Source: an uncultured Ignavibacteriales bacterium (GTDB lineage: Bacteria; Zixibacteria; MSB-5A5; GN15; FEB-12). Taken from it: a stretch of 64,000 nt of DNA. The first letter of the stretch is position 1; the number at the start of each line of letters is the position of its first letter. The translations under genes and the position numbers were made by a program. Location: assembly GCA_964464605.1 (NCBI GenBank), contig CAYXJN010000009.1:64001-128000 (forward strand), read 5' to 3'. This document shows positions 57,256 to 64,000 of the stretch, one piece after another. The notes under the pieces were generated by a model. The model was not told the DNA's origin. It saw only the letters and a list, made by a program, of their open reading frames with translations, and did not search any database.

Positions 57256-58710
57256 ATGATCTCGCAAGCCGAACAAAAGATTTTCCTCCGCGCGCTCGAC
57301 TCGCGCGATTACCGGTTCGATGGCCGGTTCTTTGTCGGCGTCAAAACGACCGGTATCTATTGCCGCCCGATCTGCCCGGCTAAACCAAAACGGGAGAATA
57401 TCGAATTTTATCGTACAGCATTGGCCGCCGAACGCGCCGGATACCGCCCCTGCCTGCGCTGCCGTCCGGAATCAGCACCGAACTCACCGGCCTGGATAGG
57501 CACATCGGCAGTCGTCAAACGCGCACTGAACTTAGTATCTGAAGGCGCGCTGTTTGAATCAAGCGAAACCGGCCTTGCCGAAAAATTCGGATTAACCGCG
57601 CGGCATCTGCGAAGATTAGTCGTCAAAGAGATCGGCCTTACCCCCAAACAAATTTCCGATACGCAACGGCTCAACTTCGCCCGGACATTAATAGTCGAAA
57701 CCGATCTGCCGATTTCGCAAATCGCGTTTTCCTCCGGGTTTAATTCATTACGCCGATTCAACGATGCATTCCAAACCCGTTTTACCCGCACCCCTTCGCA
57801 AATCCGCCGCAAAACTGGCAACGCCAGTTCTACTTTGGCGTTAAATCTCACCTATCGTCCACCGTATAACTGGCAAGCGTTGCTTGATTTTTTCAGGTCG
57901 CACATGACTGTTGGCGTGGAATATATCGATGACATTTCTTACTCGCGATTACACGTCGATGAATCTACCGGCAAACCATGTCTAATTCGCGTTTCAAACG
58001 ACGAAAAGAAACATTCTTTGCGGTTGGAAGTAACCGGCGCATCACCGAGCTCTCTCTTCGCGATTTCACGCCGCATACGGCGGATGTTTGATTTGGATTC
58101 CGACCCGGTGCTCATCGCTAATGCCTTTGCTGAATCGAAAATTTTGACTGATTTATACAAGCAACATCCCGGTTTACGTATTCCGCGTGGATGGGACCCG
58201 TTTGAAACCGCCGTTTGCACGGTACTGGGGCAACTCGTTTCGGTTGAACAGGGTTGTCGTTGCTCCGAGCAGTTAGTGCTCGAACATGGCACCAAAATCA
58301 AACATCCTTTCGGCGACGAATTTCATTCGATTTTTCCTTCCCCCGAAATGTTAGTTAACGCCAAACTCGACACAGTGAAAACAACCACTAAACGAAAAGA
58401 AGCAATCCGCGAACTGGCTCGAAAAATAAAAACAGATGACATCTGCTTTAGTGATTATCAGGACTTGGCTGAATTTCGCGTCAAACTGCACGCTCTTCCC
58501 GGATTCGGCCCTTGGTCGGTTGAGTATATTTGCTTGCGCGCGCTTGGAGATACCGATGCCTTCCCGAAATCCGATCTGATTATCAACCGCGCCTTACAGC
58601 AACACCCCGAACTTACCAAAATCAGCCTGCAGCCGTGGCGGTCATATGTAACGCTCTATTTATGGAAACAGTATGCCCCGATTCTCTCGAAGAAAGGAAA
58701 GAAGAAATGA
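57256..58710 (+). CDS. alkA: Ada zinc-binding / AraC HTH - AlkA 3-methyladenine glycosylase fusion
   Basis: RDYRFDGRFFVGVKTTGIYCRPICP...RPCLRCRP, AraC HTH, YRPPYNW, LPGFGPWS, DAFP.SD, PWRSY. Confidence 0.92.
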   Translation: MISQAEQKIFLRALDSRDYRFDGRFFVGVKTTGIYCRPICPAKPKRENIEFYRTALAAERAGYRPCLRCRPESAPNSPAWIGTSAVVKRALNLVSEGALFESSETGLAEKFGLTARHLRRLVVKEIGLTPKQISDTQRLNFARTLIVETDLPISQIAFSSGFNSLRRFNDAFQTRFTRTPSQIRRKTGNASSTLALNLTYRPPYNWQALLDFFRSHMTVGVEYIDDISYSRLHVDESTGKPCLIRVSNDEKKHSLRLEVTGASPSSLFAISRRIRRMFDLDSDPVLIANAFAESKILTDLYKQHPGLRIPRGWDPFETAVCTVLGQLVSVEQGCRCSEQLVLEHGTKIKHPFGDEFHSIFPSPEMLVNAKLDTVKTTTKRKEAIRELARKIKTDDICFSDYQDLAEFRVKLHALPGFGPWSVEYICLRALGDTDAFPKSDLIINRALQQHPELTKISLQPWRSYVTLYLWKQYAPILSKKGKKK

Positions 58711-59204
58711 CCTATCAACGAACGATGAAAAGCCCAATCGGCACGCTGACCTTAACAGCGACTGACAGCGGCATCAGCGAAGTGCATTTTGAGGCAGGTG
58801 CCACCCGTTCTAAAAAAAATGACACTCATCCATTACTTCAAAAGTGCGAAAAGGAGCTGACAGAGTATTTCGCCGGAAAACGGAAAGAGTTTACCGTTCC
58901 GCTCGACCTGCAAGGTACCGATTTTCAGAAGAAAGCATGGCATGCCCTGCTGGCTATTCCCTATGGTGAAACCCGTTCGTATAAACAACAAGCCTCGAAA
59001 ATAAAAAACGGCGACGCCGTTCGAGCAGTCGGCGCGGCGAACGGAAGAAATCCGGTCGCGATTATTGTCCCCTGCCACCGTGTTATTGCTTCCAATGGTC
59101 ACTTGCACGGCTACGCCGGAGGATTGAAGATAAAGCAGTTTCTCTTGCAGCTTGAAGGACTTGATGTAAACGGCTTCAAACTGACCCAGCCTTCTCTGTT
59201 ATGA
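58707..59204 (+). CDS. ogt: Methylated-DNA-protein-cysteine methyltransferase
   Basis: SPIG.L, GTDFQ..W, IPYGETRSY, RAVGAANGRNP, PCHRV; ATGA overlap with the upstream stop. Confidence 0.95.
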   Translation: MTYQRTMKSPIGTLTLTATDSGISEVHFEAGATRSKKNDTHPLLQKCEKELTEYFAGKRKEFTVPLDLQGTDFQKKAWHALLAIPYGETRSYKQQASKIKNGDAVRAVGAANGRNPVAIIVPCHRVIASNGHLHGYAGGLKIKQFLLQLEGLDVNGFKLTQPSLL

Positions 59205-60061
59205 TCAGTCGCACTGATTTGTTCTATCTCATATTGCTCGCCGCTATCTGGGGAGGATCATTCATATTCCAGCGTGTGCTTTCGCCGGTGCTTGGCCCCG
59301 TTCTGACCGCGTTTTTCCGTGTTTCGATCGCTGGTGCAGCCTTGCTGATTTATTTTGCGATAATCAAGTTCGACTTGGAATGGCGTAAGAACTGGAAACA
59401 TTACGCGATTATTGGCGTGGTCAATTCCGGTATTCCGTTTCTGTTATTCAGCTATGCCGCGTTATACATCCCGGCTTCTCTCTCTGCTATTTTAAGTTCA
59501 AGCGCGCCGATGTTCGGCTCGGTGTTTGCCGCTCTCTGGCTCGGCGATAAGCTGACTCCGATCAAAACAATCGGACTGATTTTAGGTTCAGTCGGTGTCA
59601 CGTTTGTTGCCCTGAAGGGAACCGAACATATCAGCAGCGAAGTCACTATTGCCATTATCGGCTGTCTTGTTGCCTCCGCCGGTTATGGATTAGCAGGAGT
59701 CTATACCAAAAAATTTGCAAAGAATGCCAAATCGTACGGCATTGCCGCTGCGAGCCAGACAACTGCCGGTTTGGCGATTTTGCCGATTATTCCTTTCTCA
59801 CCGATTCGCGGCGAAATTGATACGATTATCATTTTCAATGTTCTCGGGCTTTCGCTGTTATGCAGTGCAGTCGCATACCTGTTGTATTTCCGGCTGATCC
59901 AAAATATCGGCCCGACCAAAGCGCTGACCGTTACCTATTTAGTCCCACTGTTCGGTATGACCTGGGGCAACCTCTTTTTACATGAAGTTATCACCGGGCG
60001 GATGATTTTCGGCTGTTTGTTGATTATCGGCGGCACCGCGCTGGTACTGCGCAGGCAGTGA
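59201..60061 (+). CDS. DMT/EamA family transporter
   Basis: LAAIWGGSF, about 10 TM helices, AYLLYFRLI..IGPT....VTYLVP. Confidence 0.92.
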   Translation: MISRTDLFYLILLAAIWGGSFIFQRVLSPVLGPVLTAFFRVSIAGAALLIYFAIIKFDLEWRKNWKHYAIIGVVNSGIPFLLFSYAALYIPASLSAILSSSAPMFGSVFAALWLGDKLTPIKTIGLILGSVGVTFVALKGTEHISSEVTIAIIGCLVASAGYGLAGVYTKKFAKNAKSYGIAAASQTTAGLAILPIIPFSPIRGEIDTIIIFNVLGLSLLCSAVAYLLYFRLIQNIGPTKALTVTYLVPLFGMTWGNLFLHEVITGRMIFGCLLIIGGTALVLRRQ

Positions 60062-60071
60062 CAGAATTAAG

Positions 60072-60144
60072 TGGAGCAGATCGGGATCGAACCGACGGCC
60101 TCTACGTTGCGAACGTAGCGCTCTCCCAGCTGAGCTACTGCCCC
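60072..60144 (-). tRNA. tRNA-Ala (anticodon CGC)
   Basis: GGGGCAGTAGCTCAGCTGGGAGAGCGCTACG-TTCGCAA-CGTAGAGGCCGTCGGTTCGATCCCGATCTGCTCCA; G3:U70 Ala identity pair; CCA not encoded. Confidence 0.97.
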
Positions 60145-60284
60145 AATTCTGTCAGAACGTAAGTATACGACGCTTTCCCCCGGCTCTTCAAGCGGATTTT
60201 TAACTGACAGTCCCCCCTATTGACAAACCGGCGCACATTCGGCACTCATAGTGCAAAGGCAGATTCAACGCAGGAGTAATTCAC

Positions 60285-60986
60285 ATGGGTAATCGGGTTT
60301 TGCGCGTACTTTTTTCCGTCTGTTTCGCGGTGTGCATTTGCAGCCAGATTTTCGCGCAGGAAACAACAAAGCCGGAAAGGAAAAATTCACTGGAAAAAGG
60401 AAAATGGGCGCTGCAGTTCGGTGTTACCGGTAATTTTCAAATAACCGGATACTACAGCGGAACTGTTTCCGTTAAAAAACATACGTCGGATGCAAAAGCA
60501 TGGCGGGTAAGTTTGTCAACACGGTTGAATTATTCCGACCGGTCAAATAGTGAGCAGGCAATCGTTAACGGGAATAATCAATGGCATGATATTGATGAAA
60601 GCCCGTTTGATGTCGATGCCACGCTTAACCTCGAAAGACAATGGTATAAACAACATCTGAATCGTTTCGTGTATTACTTCGGACTCGGACCGGTGCTAAA
60701 CTACGGCTATTCCTACAATAAACGAAGCTATTACGATCCGACACGGAACCAGATATTTCGGCGGATACAGGCCGGTGCAGGTCTCACGCTGTTGGCAGGC
60801 GCAGAATGCTTTGTCACGAAACAAATAAGTATAACCGGAGAGTATTCGGCGGTTACACGATTTGTATACGACGAGCAGATACAAACGACCAGCTATCCGG
60901 GTGTTTATAGTCGCACGATAGCAGTAAGTCGCAATATTTCGTTCTCAAGCTCAACCGTTCGCATGGGACTTGCCATATACTTTTAG
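60285..60986 (+). CDS. Hypothetical outer-membrane beta-barrel protein
   Basis: Signal peptide, alternating amphipathic strands, terminal YF. Confidence 0.7.
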   Translation: MGNRVLRVLFSVCFAVCICSQIFAQETTKPERKNSLEKGKWALQFGVTGNFQITGYYSGTVSVKKHTSDAKAWRVSLSTRLNYSDRSNSEQAIVNGNNQWHDIDESPFDVDATLNLERQWYKQHLNRFVYYFGLGPVLNYGYSYNKRSYYDPTRNQIFRRIQAGAGLTLLAGAECFVTKQISITGEYSAVTRFVYDEQIQTTSYPGVYSRTIAVSRNISFSSSTVRMGLAIYF

Positions 60987-60989
60987 GCC

Positions 60990-61568
60990 TTAGTACATCA
61001 CGCCCGCCCGCAGAAACAGATGCGGGTTCGCGCGAACTTCATACTCCCGATTGCCGCCTGCCGGCAGGCCGATAAGACCGAGCTCGAACAGGTAGGTATA
61101 CCGTTTGGTGGATACAAAAATCAATTCGCACGACGTTTTCAGCGTCAGAAAACTGGTCAGTTTTAAAAACCCGATATCCGCCATATAGCCATAACCGACC
61201 GATGCCGTCGGCCGCCACAAAATCCGTTGGTGTTTGCTCAGAATCCCTTTTTTGATGCTCAGGCTCGCATCTAAAAACATCTGCCGCTGTTCGAAGAGGT
61301 TAATGTCGATGATATCGATTGTCGGCGAGATAAAGAATTTTTTCGCCACGTGAAAATCGAAAAAAATCCCGCCATGCAGCCCGAATTTATTTCGATACGG
61401 CCGGCTGTTGATATAGATATCCCCTTGGGCAATAAGTCCGCCTTTCACGCCGACCGCATCCCGAATCGGTCCGCGCCGCTGCCATGAAGGGAAATTCCCC
61501 TTTACCTCCTGCGCGAAAGCAGACAAAGCCCAACCCCAGACCAAAAGTACCAGTACAGTATATTTCAA
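60990..61568 (-). CDS. Hypothetical outer-membrane beta-barrel protein
   Basis: Signal peptide (AFA-Q), GVKGGL first strand, terminal RAGVMY. Confidence 0.65.
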   Translation of the reverse strand: MKYTVLVLLVWGWALSAFAQEVKGNFPSWQRRGPIRDAVGVKGGLIAQGDIYINSRPYRNKFGLHGGIFFDFHVAKKFFISPTIDIIDINLFEQRQMFLDASLSIKKGILSKHQRILWRPTASVGYGYMADIGFLKLTSFLTLKTSCELIFVSTKRYTYLFELGLIGLPAGGNREYEVRANPHLFLRAGVMY

Positions 61569-61705
61569 TTTCTTTCCTTTTGTAAGGGTACAGGATATAA
61601 CGATGGTAACCGCTTTATGTCAAATCAGTTCAGGGGAATACCGACTGAAAAAAGTGAAGCGGAAATCTGGTTCTTTTGCGGCCGGAAAGCGGTATATTCC
61701 CCCTC

Positions 61706-63358
61706 ATGAGCTATTTAGTATTTGCCCGGAAATACCGTCCGCAGACATTCCGTGACGTTATCGCCCAGGAACATATCACCCGTACCCTGCAAAACGCAGT
61801 AGCCAGCAACCGGCTTGGTTCCGGCTACCTGTTCTGCGGTCCACGCGGAACCGGAAAAACGACAACCGCCCGCATTTTAGCCAAAGCCTTAAACTGCGAA
61901 AAAGGGCCGACTCCTGATCCATGCGGAGTATGCGAGGCATGCGTTGAAATAGCGGCTGGAGCATCTTTAGATGTGAAAGAAATCGACGCCGCTTCTAATA
62001 CCGGTGTCGATGATATCCGCTCATTGCGGGAAACGATTCAGTACACACCGGCCAAAGGACGAAAACGGGTTTTTATTATTGATGAAGTTCACCGTTTGTC
62101 AGGCGCTGCTTTTGATGCGCTTTTAAAGACGCTCGAAGAACCGCCCGCACATGTGTTGTTTATTTTCGCTACGACCGAACCGCTAAAAGTTCCGGAAACG
62201 ATTATCTCCCGCACACAGCGATTCGATTTCCGCAGAGTTTCCATTCATGATCTGGCTGCTCATCTGAAATCGATTACGGATAAGGAGAGCTTAAAAATCG
62301 AAGATGACGCACTCCGTTTGGTCTGCCGCAAAGGGGATGGTTCCGTTCGTGATTCCCTTTCCCTGCTCGATCAGGTTGCCGCATTTACCGCAGAGAAGAT
62401 AACCACGGCAACCGTTACCGAAGCCCTCGGGTTAGTGGACAGACAAACCATCATCGACTTTGTCGCCGCGGCAGCGGCCAAAGACAGCAAAGGAATTTTG
62501 CGAATTACCTACCATATTCTTGATGCCGGTGTAGATACTTCCGATTTCACCACCGAACTGCTTGAGCATTTGCGCATGCTGATGGTGCTTGCTTCCAAAG
62601 GAACCGAACAGGACATTGCCGCCGAAGAACGGGCCATACTTGAACAACAAGCGAGTTTCTTCTCGATTGGCGACTTATTACGTTTGATCAAAATCGCCGG
62701 TGATCAATTGTTAGATCTCAAAGCCGGTTTAGATGAACGCCTGATATTACAAACCGGTGCGTTGAAAATGGCAATGATGGAATCGACCGTTCAGCTTTCT
62801 GAAGTGCTCGCTCAATTGAAAAATCCCTCATTGGCTAATCCTTCCTCTGAAAAAAAAAGTCCTGAACCGAACCGGCAGACGCTGACGTTTTCTGCTCAAC
62901 GAACGGTTGAAACTCCTCTACCCAGTGCCGCTGTAACTGCCGTTAATCTCCCGATGGTGCAAAAAGGGTGGCCGGATTTCCTGGTCGCGCTACGCCAGAA
63001 AAACCAGTTGCTCAGTTCACAGCTGGCGATGGCAACGGTAACGGACGTGAAACAGAATATGATTTACCTGCGGCTCACCGCGGCTGAGGCTTCAGCCAAA
63101 CGAATTCTTGATTCCCCGAACCACTTTCAGATAATCAGTGAAACCGCAGCCGAAAAATTCGGCCCGGGTATTCGCGTTCATATCGAAGCTGAACGCCCCG
63201 CTGCCGAACCGACGAAACCGGCGGCAAGCGCAGACCCGGTTGCCATGCCGGTTGACGTGCAGGCGATGGTAAAAAGCTCCGAACGGCTCCAGAAACTGCT
63301 GCAGCAGGTAGACGGGGAAATAATCGGCATTAAAAACGTAGAATCGCATGACAATTGA
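61706..63358 (+). CDS. dnaX: DNA polymerase III subunit tau/gamma
   Basis: YLVFARKYRPQTF, GPRGTGKTT, zinc module, EIDAASNTGVD, IIDEVH, LLKTLEEPP, GSVRDSLSLLDQ. Confidence 0.97.
   Translation: MSYLVFARKYRPQTFRDVIAQEHITRTLQNAVASNRLGSGYLFCGPRGTGKTTTARILAKALNCEKGPTPDPCGVCEACVEIAAGASLDVKEIDAASNTGVDDIRSLRETIQYTPAKGRKRVFIIDEVHRLSGAAFDALLKTLEEPPAHVLFIFATTEPLKVPETIISRTQRFDFRRVSIHDLAAHLKSITDKESLKIEDDALRLVCRKGDGSVRDSLSLLDQVAAFTAEKITTATVTEALGLVDRQTIIDFVAAAAAKDSKGILRITYHILDAGVDTSDFTTELLEHLRMLMVLASKGTEQDIAAEERAILEQQASFFSIGDLLRLIKIAGDQLLDLKAGLDERLILQTGALKMAMMESTVQLSEVLAQLKNPSLANPSSEKKSPEPNRQTLTFSAQRTVETPLPSAAVTAVNLPMVQKGWPDFLVALRQKNQLLSSQLAMATVTDVKQNMIYLRLTAAEASAKRILDSPNHFQIISETAAEKFGPGIRVHIEAERPAAEPTKPAASADPVAMPVDVQAMVKSSERLQKLLQQVDGEIIGIKNVESHDN
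62849..62865 (+). other. Putative dnaX recoding site (A9 run with an immediate -1 frame stop)
   Basis: GAA AAA AAA AGT CCT GA: nine A (62850-62858); -1 frame TGA at 62863-62865. Confidence 0.7.
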
Positions 63359-63378
63359 AACGATAAAGGAAGAATGAG

Positions 63379-63699
63379 ATGTTCAACAAAGGTGGAATGG
63401 GTAATATGATGAAACAGGTTCAGCAGATGCAGGCCAAAATGGAGAAAGTGCAGGCTGAACTTGAGCAGATGGAAATCGAAGGCGCCTCAGGCGGCGGGAT
63501 GGTCAAAGTAATCGTCAACGGCAAAAGCGAAGTCCGTTCCATCACTATCGACCCGAGCGTGGTTGAAAAAGAAGAAGTCGATATGCTTCAGGATATGATT
63601 ATGGCCGCGATCAACAACGCGCATCAAAAGGCACAGGAAATCCAGTCGGAAAAAATGTCTGCTGTCACCGGCGGTCTCAATATTCCGGGGCTTTTCTAA
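63379..63699 (+). CDS. ybaB: YbaB/EbfC nucleoid-associated protein
   Basis: MMKQVQQMQ...GASGGGMVKV..NG.....I.IDP...LQD.I.AA.N.A; lies between dnaX and recR. Confidence 0.95.
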   Translation: MFNKGGMGNMMKQVQQMQAKMEKVQAELEQMEIEGASGGGMVKVIVNGKSEVRSITIDPSVVEKEEVDMLQDMIMAAINNAHQKAQEIQSEKMSAVTGGLNIPGLF

Positions 63700-63705
63700 T
63701 TACGC

Positions 63706-64000
63706 ATGTTCAAATCTGCCGGATCAATCGAACGCCTTGCCAACCGTCTCGCCCGCCTCCCCGGTATTGGAAGAAAATCGGCGACGCGTCTGGCGTTGCA
63801 CATTTTGAAACTTCCCAAAGAGGATGCGTTCGAACTTGCTGATATCATCAAGGAAGTAAAAGAAAAAGTCGGGTTCTGCTCAACCTGCTATAACCTGTCT
63901 GAAACCGATCCCTGCGCAATCTGCGCCGATCCCGGTCGCGGCCGAGCGATTATTTGCGTGGTCGAAGAAACCGCCGATGCCGCCGCACTTGAAAAAGCGG
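63706..64000 (+). CDS. recR: Recombination mediator RecR, N-terminal part running off the window edge
   Basis: Not in the ORF track: MFKSAGSIERLANRLARLPGIGRKSATRLALHIL...CSTCYNLSETDPCAICADP.R....ICVVEE. Confidence 0.95.
   Translation, partial: MFKSAGSIERLANRLARLPGIGRKSATRLALHILKLPKEDAFELADIIKEVKEKVGFCSTCYNLSETDPCAICADPGRGRAIICVVEETADAAALEKA

Noticed and set aside
58530..58706. N-terminal extension of Ogt in the ORF track
   Set aside because: It overlaps alkA in another frame; the real start is the coupled ATG at 58707.
61570..61705. SRP RNA (ffs), often found upstream of dnaX
   Set aside because: No conserved SRP domain IV helix is visible; the region appears to hold only divergent promoters.

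Overview
Bacterial chromosomal window of mostly about 50% GC from a diderm organism. A Zixibacteria-like or FCB-adjacent lineage is inferred from the cohesin/dockerin protein with a YPNPFNP C-terminal domain, the TamB/TamA pair and D-S/T-rich exported proteins; this assignment is not proven. Most of the window is housekeeping: murJ (partial), rpsT, argF, xerC, topA, rpoZ, gmk, yicC, mnmA, iscS, pabB, a class IV aminotransferase, trxA, dtd, maf, rodZ, smc, ftsY, rlmH, acs, ada-alkA, ogt, tRNA-Ala(CGC), dnaX, ybaB and recR (partial). No prophage, CRISPR array or transposase was seen. Main points of interest: (1) a 2277-aa secreted protein with about 19 Cys-rich Ig-like repeats followed by cohesin, dockerin and sorting-type domains in one chain; (2) an ECF sigma / ZAS anti-sigma operon whose HtrA-like gene has lost all three catalytic residues, with matching ECF-type promoter motifs before the sigma gene, trxA, iscS and a rhomboid gene; (3) enrichment of the Bacteroidota O-glycosylation sequon D-(S/T)-(A/I/L/V/M/T) in extracytoplasmic segments; (4) an A9 slippage site in dnaX; (5) a RomR-like pseudo-receiver and other apparent pseudo-enzymes; (6) two families of GTAG-REP/REPIN palindromes; (7) many apparently leaderless genes; (8) small AT-rich inserts, including a solo HEPN-like gene. 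All family calls come from motif recognition by eye; no searches were run.
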